Shown here: in pieces, positions 1-7,967 of the stretch
How the letters are laid out: each line of letters begins with the position of its first letter
How positions within the stretch are numbered: position 1 is the stretch's first letter
Source of the DNA: Bacillota bacterium
GTDB lineage: Bacteria > Bacillota > Clostridia > Peptostreptococcales > Anaerovoracaceae
Direction: 5' to 3'
DNA length: 64,000 nucleotides
Assembly (NCBI GenBank): GCA_017432725.1
Contig: JAFRIQ010000036.1
Coordinates: 761 to 64,760 of the forward strand
Program-made: the position numbers and the translations under genes
Notes under the pieces: generated by a model
Databases searched by the model: none
The model's input: the letters and a program-made list of their open reading frames with translations, nothing else
Told to the model about the DNA's origin: nothing

Positions 1-74
1 GAACCTGCGTCAGGCAACTTACTTGACTTCCGCAGATCACAAGAGAATCAAGAGTGTACTGGTAGGAAAGTAGG
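1..74 (+). CDS. rpmI: 50S ribosomal protein L35, 3' fragment (5' end lies outside the window)
   Basis: The frame starting at nt 3 reads NLRQATYLTSADHKRIKSVLVGK*. This matches the conserved L35 C-terminus (..S.GD.KRIK..L). It lies directly upstream of rplT, as in the infC-rpmI-rplT operon. Confidence 0.75.
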
Positions 75-86
75 AGGTAGAAGACA

Positions 87-443
87 ATGGCAAGAGTAAA
101 AGGCGGAGTAAACGCTAAGAAAAGACATAAGAAGATTTTAAAGGCAGCCAAGGGATTCTACGGCGCAAAGCATCGTACATTCAGAGCAGCCAACCCTGCA
201 GTCATGAGAGCTATGAGAAGCGCTCAGATGGGCCGCAAGCTCAGAAAGAGAGAGTTCAGAAGACTCTGGATCACCAGGATCAATGCAGCAGCAAGACTCA
301 ACGGTCTTTCCTACAGCAAGCTGATGAACGGTCTCAAGAAGGCCGGAGTGGAAGTCAACAGAAAAATGCTTTCCGAGATCGCAGTATACGATGCAGCCGG
401 ATTCACATCTCTCTGCAACACTGCAAAAGACGCTCTCAAGTAG
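87..443 (+). CDS. rplT: 50S ribosomal protein L20
   Basis: The 118-aa ORF begins [45 protein letters not shown], the canonical L20 sequence. A GGAGG RBS lies upstream. Confidence 0.97.
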   Translation: MARVKGGVNAKKRHKKILKAAKGFYGAKHRTFRAANPAVMRAMRSAQMGRKLRKREFRRLWITRINAAARLNGLSYSKLMNGLKKAGVEVNRKMLSEIAVYDAAGFTSLCNTAKDALK

Positions 444-458
444 TTCAAAATATTGCAT

Positions 459-492
459 AAAAAAACTCACCCGCAAGGGTGAGCTTTTTTTT
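459..492. terminator. Bidirectional intrinsic terminator between rplT and prfC
   Basis: Hairpin CTCACCC-GCAA-GGGTGAG (466-483), flanked by an A-run upstream and a T-run downstream. Confidence 0.7.
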
Positions 493-2092
493 ATACTTCA
501 GTGGCTTCTGCCAGCAATATATCCGGATGTCTGTCTCTGAAGAAGTTCAAGGTGAACTGGTTGGCCAGAAGCAGCACCGGTCTTTCGAAACGGTCGAATA
601 CCAGAGATGACCTGCTGTCGAGACATTTTTTCACAGTATCAAGATCGATATCGTTTGTTTTTCCTCCGTCGGAACTTGTTATCCACTTCGCCAGCTGGAA
701 ATCCTGTGGCTCGAAACGAACGGGGGCGTTGTATTCGTTTTCCAGTCTGTAAGTGAACACTTCGAACTGGAGCTGACCTACGGCACCTATTATCACTTCG
801 TTGTATTCGTTGTGATATACCTGAACGGCTCCTTCCTGAGCCAGCTGCTGTACGCCTTTCTGGAACTGCTTCGTCTTCATGGAATCCTTTGCCGAGACCC
901 TTGCGAAGAGTTCCGGAGGGAAGGTGGGAAGCGGTTCGAAGAATATGGGCTCCTTGGTGGTACAGAGCGTATCGCCTATCTGGAAGTTGCCCGTATCGTA
1001 TATACCTATGACATCTCCGGTTATGGCTGTTTCCACGTTCTCCCTTTCGTTTGCCATGAGCTGCGTGCTCTGGGCAAGCTTTATGGGTTTGCCTGTTCTC
1101 GAAAGGGTGACGGTCATACCTTTTTCAAAGGTACCCGAGCATATCCTCAGGAACGCAAGCCTGTCTCTGTGGGCAGGATTCATATTGGCTTGTATCTTGA
1201 AGATAAAGCCGGAGAAGGTATCGGCGAGAGGATCCACAAAGGAACCGTCTGCAAGTTTTCTCGGCCCGGGGGCAGGGGACATCTCCAGGAAGTAATTTAG
1301 GAAGGATGTGACACCGAAATCCGTAAGGGCGGATCCGAAGAAAACGGGCGTGAGCTCGCCTTTTGATATGTCGTCTTTGTCCACCGGATATCCGGCTCCT
1401 TCCAGGAGCTCCAGCTGTTCTCTGAGCGCTTTGAGGTTGAACTGCGTGATTATATCGTCGAGTTCATTCCCGAATACTCCGTCTTCTCCGAGTTTTACGG
1501 TCCTGTTTTCCTTATACAGCAGTACTTCGTTTTTCAGTATGTCGTATATGCCCTGGAAATTGAGTCCCGATCCGATGGGCCAGGTCACCGCGCATGCGGG
1601 CATGCCCAGGATGTCTTCAAGTTCAGAGAGGAGTTCTATGGGATCTTTCGCCTCTCTGTCCAGTTTGTTCATAAAGGTAAATACTGGGATACCTCTCATA
1701 CGGCAAACTGCAAAAAGCTTCCTCGTCTGTACCTCGATACCTTTTGCTGCGTCTATGACCATTACCGCACTGTCTACGGAGGTCAGTATACGGTAGGTAT
1801 CTTCTCCGAAATCGTTGTGGCCCGGCGTGTCCATGATGGATATTACCTTGCCTCCGAATTCGAACTGCATAACGGAGCTGGTGACGGAGATACCCCTCTG
1901 TTTCTCTATTTCCATCCAGTCGGAGGTCGCGAATTTAGCGTTTTTTCTTGCCTTGACGGTTCCCGCCTCTCTGATGGCTCCGCCGTGAAGCAGGAGCTTT
2001 TCAGTAAGGGTGGTCTTACCTGCGTCCGGGTGGGATATGATGCCGAATATACGGCGTTTTTCTATCTGTTTTTCTAATTCCTGTCTGTTCAT
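491..2092 (-). CDS. prfC: Peptide chain release factor 3 (translational GTPase)
   Basis: 533 aa. The N-terminus RRIFGIISHPDAGKTTLTEKLLL..DWMEIEKQRGISV..DTPGH..NKLD is typical of RF3. Confidence 0.95.
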   Translation of the reverse strand: MNRQELEKQIEKRRIFGIISHPDAGKTTLTEKLLLHGGAIREAGTVKARKNAKFATSDWMEIEKQRGISVTSSVMQFEFGGKVISIMDTPGHNDFGEDTYRILTSVDSAVMVIDAAKGIEVQTRKLFAVCRMRGIPVFTFMNKLDREAKDPIELLSELEDILGMPACAVTWPIGSGLNFQGIYDILKNEVLLYKENRTVKLGEDGVFGNELDDIITQFNLKALREQLELLEGAGYPVDKDDISKGELTPVFFGSALTDFGVTSFLNYFLEMSPAPGPRKLADGSFVDPLADTFSGFIFKIQANMNPAHRDRLAFLRICSGTFEKGMTVTLSRTGKPIKLAQSTQLMANERENVETAITGDVIGIYDTGNFQIGDTLCTTKEPIFFEPLPTFPPELFARVSAKDSMKTKQFQKGVQQLAQEGAVQVYHNEYNEVIIGAVGQLQFEVFTYRLENEYNAPVRFEPQDFQLAKWITSSDGGKTNDIDLDTVKKCLDSRSSLVFDRFERPVLLLANQFTLNFFRDRHPDILLAEATEV

Positions 2093-2223
2093 TTTTTCAC
2101 TGATCTGCTAAACAAAAATACGTTGTTGATATCTTCAGGAATGTAGTCTACATATTTGGTCTACCTCTTCTGCAACGGTATTTGCTGTCGAAAGATTATA
2201 TCACAACAATTAATCTTGTAAAA

Positions 2224-2239
2224 CCACAATATATAGCGT
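2224..2239 (+). promoter_or_regulatory. Candidate NrdR box inside the putative nrdR promoter (TTGTAA 2215-2220 / TAGAAT 2238-2243)
   Basis: CCACAATATATAGCGT matches the published 16-bp NrdR-box palindrome (acaCwAtATaTwGtgt) at about 13-14 of 16 positions. I found no convincing second box at the usual ~31 bp spacing. Confidence 0.4.
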
Positions 2240-2290
2240 AGAATTGAAATGTTGTTAATAACTCTTGTAGACAGACAGGCAGGTAAAAGT

Positions 2291-2767
2291 ATGAAATGCC
2301 CATTTTGTGAGACTCCTGACACTAAAGTCATAGATTCAAGACCTACCGAAGACGGTCACGCCATAAGAAGGCGCAGAGAGTGTCCGTCATGCGGTAAGAG
2401 ATTCACGACCTACGAGAAGCTCGAGGAAATGCTTTTCCTCGTAGTGAAGCACGACGGGAGAAGAGAGAACTTCGATCGCAACAAGGTCCTGAACGGTATC
2501 ATGAGAGCGTGCGAGAAAAGACCGGTCTCCATGGCACAGATGGAAGCCATCGTGGACGACGTGGAACGCGGTCTCAACAATATGATGGAAAAGGAAGTAT
2601 CAAGCACCTTCATAGGGGAGATCGTCATGGATAAACTCAAAGATCTCGATGAGGTGGCATATGTCCGTTTCGCTTCCGTATACCGCGATTTCAAAGACGT
2701 GAACACCTTTGTCGCAGAAGTTGAGAAACTGCTCGGCAACAGCGGGAAGAAAGGCAAAAAAGAATAG
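2291..2767 (+). CDS. nrdR: Transcriptional repressor NrdR (Zn-ribbon + ATP-cone)
   Basis: [46 protein letters not shown] is the canonical NrdR N-terminus. The track ORF (2249) carries a 14-aa extension, so I chose the internal ATG. Confidence 0.93.
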   Translation: MKCPFCETPDTKVIDSRPTEDGHAIRRRRECPSCGKRFTTYEKLEEMLFLVVKHDGRRENFDRNKVLNGIMRACEKRPVSMAQMEAIVDDVERGLNNMMEKEVSSTFIGEIVMDKLKDLDEVAYVRFASVYRDFKDVNTFVAEVEKLLGNSGKKGKKE

Positions 2768-2768
2768 C

Positions 2769-3431
2769 ATGGATAAGATATACAGGATAGCTATAGACGG
2801 TCCGGCGGGAGCCGGGAAGAGCACCATGGCAAAACTTCTCGCCGAAAAGCTTGGTATCGACTACATAGATACGGGAGCTATGTACAGAGCCATCGCTCTC
2901 AAACTCCTGAGGACCGGGACCGATTACCACGATGAGAAAGCCCTCGGGAAACTTCTTGATACCACCGACGTAGACTACTACGGCGGAAAAGTCTATTTAG
3001 ACGGAGAAGACGTCAGCAGCCTTATCAGAACTCCGGAAGTATCTTCCATGGCATCTGAAAGCTCTGCAGTACCGGCTGTCAGAGACAAACTTGGAGAACT
3101 CCAGATGGCCATTGCGAAGAAAAGGAGCCTTCTTATGGACGGAAGGGATATAGGGACGGTAATAATCCCGGATGCCGAGTTCAAATTCTTCCTTACCGCC
3201 AGCAGCCGAATCCGCGCATACAGAAGGATATGCGAGATGAGGGAAAAGGGGATAGAATGCGACCTGGATCAGGTGGAGCAGGAAATTCAGGAGAGAGACT
3301 ACAGGGATTCCCACAGAGATTATCATCCTCTGAAAAAAGCAGATGATGCAATAGAAATAGATACATCGGATCTCAAGATATCCGACGTAGTCGATAAGAT
3401 GATGGAGATCATAAATGAAAAAATCAACTAA
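2769..3431 (+). CDS. cmk: Cytidylate kinase
   Basis: MDKIYRIAIDGPAGAGKSTMAKLLAEKLGIDYIDTGAMYRA is the Cmk P-loop signature. The ATG lies 2 nt after the nrdR stop. The track ORF starts further upstream (2709). Confidence 0.93.
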   Translation: MDKIYRIAIDGPAGAGKSTMAKLLAEKLGIDYIDTGAMYRAIALKLLRTGTDYHDEKALGKLLDTTDVDYYGGKVYLDGEDVSSLIRTPEVSSMASESSAVPAVRDKLGELQMAIAKKRSLLMDGRDIGTVIIPDAEFKFFLTASSRIRAYRRICEMREKGIECDLDQVEQEIQERDYRDSHRDYHPLKKADDAIEIDTSDLKISDVVDKMMEIINEKIN

Positions 3432-4074
3432 GAGATATATAGAATCGGCACTGTTTTTCGTTGTCTTTGCCGTATTCACGGTGCTCGTGAAGAAAATAGA
3501 CGTGCAGGCTATAGGACCGGAAGGCTCTTCGGTGGGATTCGCTTCCCTGAACGCGAAGTTCCATGAGATGTTCGGGTACAACGAGTTCTGGTACAATTTT
3601 TCCGAGAGGCTCGGGTATGCGGCGCTTGCCGTATGCGCTGCCTTTGCAATCACGGGTCTTATACAGTTCATAAAGGGAAAGGGCCTTAAAGCCGTTGACA
3701 GGAAAATAATCTTCCTCGGCATATTCTACGTAGTAGTCATAGCTTTCTACGCGGCATTCGAAAAGATAATCATCAACTACAGGCCCATACTTGAAGCGGA
3801 CGGAAGCCTGGAAGCTTCCTATCCCAGTTCCCACACGGTGCTGGCCCTCTGCGTGTTCATAACCATGTTCAGCCAGAGAGTATTCAACAGGAAGGGCACA
3901 ACTTCCGAAAAAGCCGAGAACGTCATTGCGGGAACGATACTGGTCGCCCTCATGGTACTGAGCAGACTCTTCTCAGGAGTGCACTGGTTCACGGACATAG
4001 TGGGCGGAATCCTTCTCTCGACAGCCCTGGTGCTCCTCTACAAAGCCGTGGCGAACAGGATAGACGGAGACTGA
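3415..4074 (+). CDS. PAP2-family membrane phosphatase
   Basis: Multi-pass membrane protein with the PAP2 motifs SYPSSHT and SRLFSGVHWFTDIVGG. It overlaps the cmk 3' end. Confidence 0.8.
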   Translation: MKKSTKRYIESALFFVVFAVFTVLVKKIDVQAIGPEGSSVGFASLNAKFHEMFGYNEFWYNFSERLGYAALAVCAAFAITGLIQFIKGKGLKAVDRKIIFLGIFYVVVIAFYAAFEKIIINYRPILEADGSLEASYPSSHTVLALCVFITMFSQRVFNRKGTTSEKAENVIAGTILVALMVLSRLFSGVHWFTDIVGGILLSTALVLLYKAVANRIDGD

Positions 4075-4088
4075 ATAATAAGATAAAG

Positions 4089-4119
4089 AAAGGGATCCTC
4101 TTTGCGGAGGATCCCTTTT
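4089..4119. terminator. Bidirectional intrinsic terminator
   Basis: Hairpin AAAGGGATCCTC..GAGGATCCCTTT followed by T residues, between convergent genes. Confidence 0.6.
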
Positions 4120-4381
4120 AAATTTTGTAAAGCTGCCATTTGCAGCTCGGGATGAAATATTTGAGCTGATAGCGGGTATCCGCGTCGTCCACGGTGCTCT
4201 GGCATTCGTAGACCAGCATATCGACTCCGGCCAGTCGCCTTTCATCTATGTACAGTATCTTTCCCACATAGATCTCGCGGCTTTCTCCGTACTGGTCGGT
4301 ATATTTGAATTTATACGGAAGCGGATGCCCCGTGCTCTTGAATACAACGATGGCGTCTATAGGCCTCGCTACAACTTTCAT
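4118..4381 (-). CDS. Hypothetical small protein (87 aa)
   Basis: I chose the internal start MKVVARPIDAIVV.. because a GGGGAGGGG RBS lies about 7 nt upstream. I recognise no family. Confidence 0.55.
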   Translation of the reverse strand: MKVVARPIDAIVVFKSTGHPLPYKFKYTDQYGESREIYVGKILYIDERRLAGVDMLVYECQSTVDDADTRYQLKYFIPSCKWQLYKI

Positions 4382-4507
4382 CCCAATGCCCCTCCCCTTG
4401 CGATGTAATTGTATTATAAGAACAAATGTTCTTTTTGTCAATACGGACATTGCCGGAATTCCGGAATATTTGCATATCAAAACAGGGCATAAAACAAATC
4501 TTTTTTC

Positions 4508-4536
4508 TTGACATTGGGCCTTGTAGATGTTAACAT
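4508..4536 (+). promoter_or_regulatory. Putative sigma-A promoter of the tRNA cluster
   Basis: TTGACA (4508-4513), 17-nt spacer, TAACAT (4531-4536), about 35 nt upstream of the first tRNA. Confidence 0.5.
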
Positions 4537-4571
4537 TTTCGTTGCAGTCTTTGAAAAAAAGAGATGTACGT

Positions 4572-4648
4572 GGCGGTGTAGCTTAGTTGGCTAGAGCGTC
4601 CGGTTCATACCCGGAAGGTCGGCGGTTCGAATCCACCCGCCGCTACCA
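4572..4648 (+). tRNA. tRNA with CAT anticodon (elongator Met, or Ile2 if lysidine-modified)
   Basis: Hand-folded cloverleaf: anticodon arm TCCGG-TTCATAC-CCGGA, T-loop TTCGAAT, encoded CCA. It lacks the initiator features (no three G-C pairs at the base of the anticodon stem). Confidence 0.85.
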
Positions 4649-4674
4649 TTATCTTTGAAGCTGCTTGTTGATGC

Positions 4675-4752
4675 GGTGGGTATAGTCAAGCGGCCTAAGA
4701 CGCCGGGTTGTGGCTCCGGTATTCGTGGGTTCGATTCCCACTACCCACCCCA
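4675..4752 (+). tRNA. tRNA-His (GTG)
   Basis: Acceptor GTGGGTA/TACCCAC with an extra 5' G(-1). Anticodon loop TTGTGGC, T-arm GTGGG-TTCGATT-CCCAC, encoded CCA. Confidence 0.9.
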
Positions 4753-4769
4753 CAATTCAATATTTTTCG

Positions 4770-4844
4770 CAGGGGTATCGCCAAGCGGTAAGGCAACGGA
4801 TTCTGATTCCGTCATGCGAAGGTTCGAATCCTTCTACCCCCGCC
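4770..4844 (+). tRNA. tRNA-Gln (CTG)
   Basis: Anticodon arm ACGGA-TTCTGAT-TCCGT, T-arm GAAGG-TTCGAAT-CCTTC, encoded CCA. The body GGGGTATCGCCAAGCGGTAAGGC is typical of Gln. Confidence 0.88.
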
Positions 4845-4854
4845 ATTTTTTTAA

Positions 4855-4929
4855 GGCGGCATAGCCAAGTGGTAAGGCGCAGGTCTGCAAAACCTTTACT
4901 CCCAGGTTCGAATCCAGGTGCCGCCTCCA
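4855..4929 (+). tRNA. tRNA-Cys (GCA)
   Basis: Acceptor GGCGGCA/TGCCGCC, anticodon loop CTGCAAA, discriminator T, encoded CCA. Confidence 0.88.
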
Positions 4930-4935
4930 GTAACA

Positions 4936-4967
4936 AACGGATCCTTTCAGGATCCGTTATTTTTTTG
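4936..4967 (+). terminator. Intrinsic terminator of the tRNA cluster
   Basis: AACGGATCC-TTTCA-GGATCCGTT followed by ATTTTTTT. Confidence 0.75.
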
Positions 4968-5053
4968 TTTCTGTTTTACCCGTTATTTTGTCCGTTAAAA
5001 TTGTGAAAAATAACGGGAAGGTATATACTGAAAAAACAAGGAGGCATTAGTCC

Positions 5054-5647
5054 ATGGGAAATACCAATCAGCAGGGAAAGGAAAAACTTTGCAGAGCACT
5101 GCTCGTGCTTCTTGAAACGAAAAAGCTCAAGGAGATCACGGTCAAGGACCTTGTTGCCGTCGCCGGAGTGAACAGATCCACGTACAACTATCATTTCTAC
5201 AGTATGGAAGACGTTCTGGAGGAGACCATGGCGGAATTCTCCCAGGGTCTTAGGAATTCCTTTACTCTGAGCAGTTCCTACGGTCATACTTCGAAGATCA
5301 AAGGTTTTGAAGTTGAGAACGCCATCATAGCCTACATGGAGAGCAGAAAGAGAGATATATCCACTCTCTATAATGCCGGCTACGGCCTGGTGTTCATGGA
5401 CAGGATAGAGAAAGATCTTGAGAGCATATTCAGACGGTATTCCATGATATTCATAAGTGAAACAGGTGAGAAAGAAGAGCTGTCCGAAGGCCTGGCCTAC
5501 GAGCTCAGGATAAAGGAGTTCTGCTATTCCATAATAGCGGACCTTCAGTTCTGGATGGAATACAAGGCCATAATTTCCCTGGAGGAGGTAATGACGGTGG
5601 TGCGCCACGTAAAGCACGTTCACCTTATCTCCGCGAGACTCAAATAA
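5054..5647 (+). CDS. TetR/AcrR-family transcriptional regulator
   Basis: N-terminal HTH pattern ITVKDLVAVAGVNRSTYNYHF, about 200 aa, all-helical C-terminal part. Confidence 0.8.
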   Translation: MGNTNQQGKEKLCRALLVLLETKKLKEITVKDLVAVAGVNRSTYNYHFYSMEDVLEETMAEFSQGLRNSFTLSSSYGHTSKIKGFEVENAIIAYMESRKRDISTLYNAGYGLVFMDRIEKDLESIFRRYSMIFISETGEKEELSEGLAYELRIKEFCYSIIADLQFWMEYKAIISLEEVMTVVRHVKHVHLISARLK

Positions 5648-5667
5648 ATAGCTAAGTATTTAGGACA

Positions 5668-5759
5668 ATAATAGGGGGCTAAATCACGGAATTTGTTTGT
5701 GGAAGATAATTCTTAAAGAATCGATAATATACGCAGGGGACGTCCCTGCGTATTTTTTT
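5668..5759 (+). repeat. Copy 1 of a ~93-nt intergenic element (35-nt conserved core + intrinsic terminator)
   Basis: The core ATAATAGGGGGCTAAATCACGGAATTTGTTTGTGG (5668-5702) differs from copy 2 at only 2 positions. It is followed by ATAATA..CGCAGGGGAC/GTCCCTGCG and a T-run (5732-5759). Confidence 0.6.
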
Positions 5760-5795
5760 GCAAAATCTAAAATTTGATTCTAGGAGGAATTATCA

Positions 5796-6443
5796 ATGAA
5801 CGAAGGATTTTCTATTTGGCTTGGACTTATGGATTTTCTGAATCCCATCATCTACACGCTGTTCTTTGTGGCTCTTCTCAAAGGTCTTAAAGCGAAAAAT
5901 GCCGATCCCGGCATGCTCAAGGTCCTGAAGGCAGGCGCCATCATTTCCATGACTGCCGGCTACATCATCGCGTTCGGAAAGACTCTTGTGGGGCTCAACA
6001 TCATCCACTTCACGCTTCCCGTACCGCTGTTCTATGCGACCGACATAGGGTTCCTCATTTCCGGAGTGACCCTTCTTCTCATCCACAAAAAGAAGACCTA
6101 TAAGGGACTCAAGACCTGGGTCAAGATCGTCGTTCCTGTAGTATTCGTCGCGCTTTCCGTATTCGTATGCGTGTCCCAGGGAGCGAACTCCGGAGCGCAG
6201 CTCACCGCCGCCATCGGTACTTTCCTCATATACGGGACCATGATAGCCATGGCCGCCAAGGAAAAGAACCGCCTTGCGATGATACTCGCCATCGTTCCTA
6301 TCATTACCACGGCTGCTCTCATTCCCTACAGCGCAAGCGTAGACCTGACGGATCCTAAGACCCACTGGGTGATAGAGCCTACAAATATTCTCGGACAGCT
6401 GGCACTGTGGCTCAGCGCAGTACGTCTTTTCGGAAAAAAGTAG
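5796..6443 (+). CDS. Hypothetical polytopic membrane protein (215 aa)
   Basis: Strong RBS (AGGAGG) and about 6 hydrophobic segments. I recognise no family. Confidence 0.65.
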   Translation: MNEGFSIWLGLMDFLNPIIYTLFFVALLKGLKAKNADPGMLKVLKAGAIISMTAGYIIAFGKTLVGLNIIHFTLPVPLFYATDIGFLISGVTLLLIHKKKTYKGLKTWVKIVVPVVFVALSVFVCVSQGANSGAQLTAAIGTFLIYGTMIAMAAKEKNRLAMILAIVPIITTAALIPYSASVDLTDPKTHWVIEPTNILGQLALWLSAVRLFGKK

Positions 6444-6474
6444 AAATACGGCCGATAGACCGTTAAAATGCCCG

Positions 6475-6568
6475 ATAATAGTGGGCTAAATCACGGTATT
6501 TGTTTGTGGCAAAAGCTCAAAAAAACATAAATAATAAGCGTAGGAGCACAGTTTCCTGCGCTCTTTTT
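6475..6568 (+). repeat. Copy 2 of the ~93-nt intergenic element
   Basis: Core ATAATAGTGGGCTAAATCACGGTATTTGTTTGTGG (6475-6509). It is followed by ATAATA..AGCGTAGGAG/TTCCTGCGCT and a T-run (6537-6568). Confidence 0.6.
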
Positions 6569-6584
6569 AGAGAAAGGAGAACCT

Positions 6585-7751
6585 ATGAACAATAAGGAAC
6601 TGGTCGCATACAGGACTAAGCTGTTCCGTGACGCTGCGACATTCAAAAAACCCGACAGAATTCCCCATATGTCCTTCTTCGTAACGTGGAAGATACTGGG
6701 CGGAGGATATACCCTCAATGAGGGCTTAAGAAACTACGATATAATGACCAAGGTCATAAGGGAGCATCAGGAGAAGTACAATTTCGACGTGATCTTTGAA
6801 CTGGGAGTCAGAAATATCGTCCGTCTTGTGGATCACCTCGGAGGAGGGACCTACATCATAAGAGACGATGGTATCGAATACAAGGACAATGCTCTTGTAG
6901 AACTGGAAGAACTCGACGAATATACCGCTGATCCCACCAAATTCATTTGGGAAAAGGGTATGTGTAAGAAGTATCCGATGTGGGCGGACGGCACCATAAC
7001 CGTTGCGGACCTTCAGAAGTGCTTCGACGAACAGAAGGCATTCCTTGGATACTATAAAAAGATACAGAAGATACTGAAAGAAGAATACGGAGTTGCATCC
7101 TTCAATGGGCAGGTGGTGCCCTGCTATCCGGGAGTGGACTTCCTATTCAACTCCATACTGGGAATAAAGAATCTGTCTCTTGCAATGAGACGTATGCCTG
7201 AGAAGGTCGACGCCGCGGTCAAAGCGACCAACGAACTGTTCCAGGTCCCCGGTATAGCGGCTCTTAAGAGGACTAAAGGTCCGAACCCGAAAGTGTGCTA
7301 CGACTACGATATCACTCTTCTCGTACATACCATACTCAACGGAAAGCAGTTCGACCGCTGGCTGTGGCCGGATCTTAAGGACGAACTCGACATACTCAAT
7401 GAAAAGAATCTCACCACAAGACTTTTCATGGAAGGCAGCAGCAAACCCTTCTGGGATCATTTCGCCGATTACAAAAAAGGCGTCATAACCATGCACCCGG
7501 AAGCGGACGATCCCTTCGAAATGAGGAAGGCTCTTCCGAACTGCGCCATCCTGGGAGGCATGCCTGTTGAACTGCTCGGCAGAGGCACTCCTCAGGAGTG
7601 CGTAGAGAGAGCTAAAGCTCTGGTAGACGGACTTGGCGGACTGGACGGAGGTCTCGTACTGTCTCAGGACAAGATGGGCACCTTCAAGACCGATGCCGAT
7701 CCCGAGAACCTTAAAGCTGTTTCGGAGTTCATAGTGAACTACAGGGGATAG
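6585..7751 (+). CDS. Uroporphyrinogen-decarboxylase-family (URO-D / MtaA-like) protein, paralogue 1
   Basis: 388 aa with a good RBS (AAAGGAGA). The overall pattern (FVTWK.., LVHTIL, GGM..LGRGT..EC) resembles URO-D/MtaA-like TIM-barrel proteins. It is clearly paralogous to 24152-25324. Confidence 0.75.
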   Translation: MNNKELVAYRTKLFRDAATFKKPDRIPHMSFFVTWKILGGGYTLNEGLRNYDIMTKVIREHQEKYNFDVIFELGVRNIVRLVDHLGGGTYIIRDDGIEYKDNALVELEELDEYTADPTKFIWEKGMCKKYPMWADGTITVADLQKCFDEQKAFLGYYKKIQKILKEEYGVASFNGQVVPCYPGVDFLFNSILGIKNLSLAMRRMPEKVDAAVKATNELFQVPGIAALKRTKGPNPKVCYDYDITLLVHTILNGKQFDRWLWPDLKDELDILNEKNLTTRLFMEGSSKPFWDHFADYKKGVITMHPEADDPFEMRKALPNCAILGGMPVELLGRGTPQECVERAKALVDGLGGLDGGLVLSQDKMGTFKTDADPENLKAVSEFIVNYRG

Positions 7752-7762
7752 GAGGAAGCAAA

Positions 7763-7912
7763 ATGGAAGATAATAAAAACGTGATAACAAAGTATCCGGA
7801 AGGACTTGAGTATCTCAATAAACATTTAAACGTCCTGGGACTTCCTAAATTTTTAGGCGGACTGAGGAAAAGACTGATCAAAAGTCTCATTTTAACACTC
7901 GCGAGACAATAG
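7763..7912 (+). CDS. Conserved microprotein (49 aa) coupled to URO-D-like paralogue 1; absent from the ORF track
   Basis: The ATG lies 7 nt after an AGGAGG that overlaps the upstream stop (GATAGGAGGAAGCAAAATG). It encodes MEDNKNVITKYPEGLEYLNKHLNVLGLPKFLGGLRKRLIKSLILTLARQ. It shares YPEG.E.L.K.L with the microprotein at 24006-24140. Confidence 0.55.
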   Translation: MEDNKNVITKYPEGLEYLNKHLNVLGLPKFLGGLRKRLIKSLILTLARQ

Positions 7913-7967
7913 GATATTATGATATATTGTACATATGTAGGAAATTATTAAACAGGAGGAATTATTC

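Noticed and set aside
2249-2290. N-terminal extensions of track ORFs. Starts at 2249, 2709, 4480, 10887, 12297, 14362, 19003, 23791, 27130, 27955, 29852, 34150, 43704, 45114, 49674 and 57002.
   Set aside because: - In each case an internal ATG has a proper SD-like RBS or promoter and coincides with the conserved family N-terminus.
- The extensions overlap upstream genes or terminators.
4572-4929. Mismatches in tRNA stems as possible pseudo-tRNAs: 51:63 C.A in tRNA-CAT, 51:63 A.A in tRNA-Cys, 1:72 A.C in tRNA-Gln.
   Set aside because: - All other cloverleaf elements, conserved D/T-loop nucleotides and encoded CCA ends are intact.
- A weak 1:72 pair is normal for bacterial tRNA-Gln.
- My hand folding cannot exclude a slightly different register.
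- These are not strong enough grounds to call pseudogenes.
5681-5695. Guanidine-II (mini-ykkC) riboswitch, suggested by the ACGG in AAATCACGGAATTT.
   Set aside because: - There is only one ACGR, sitting in a weak 4-bp A/T stem.
- The mini-ykkC motif needs two GC-rich hairpins, each with an ACGR loop.
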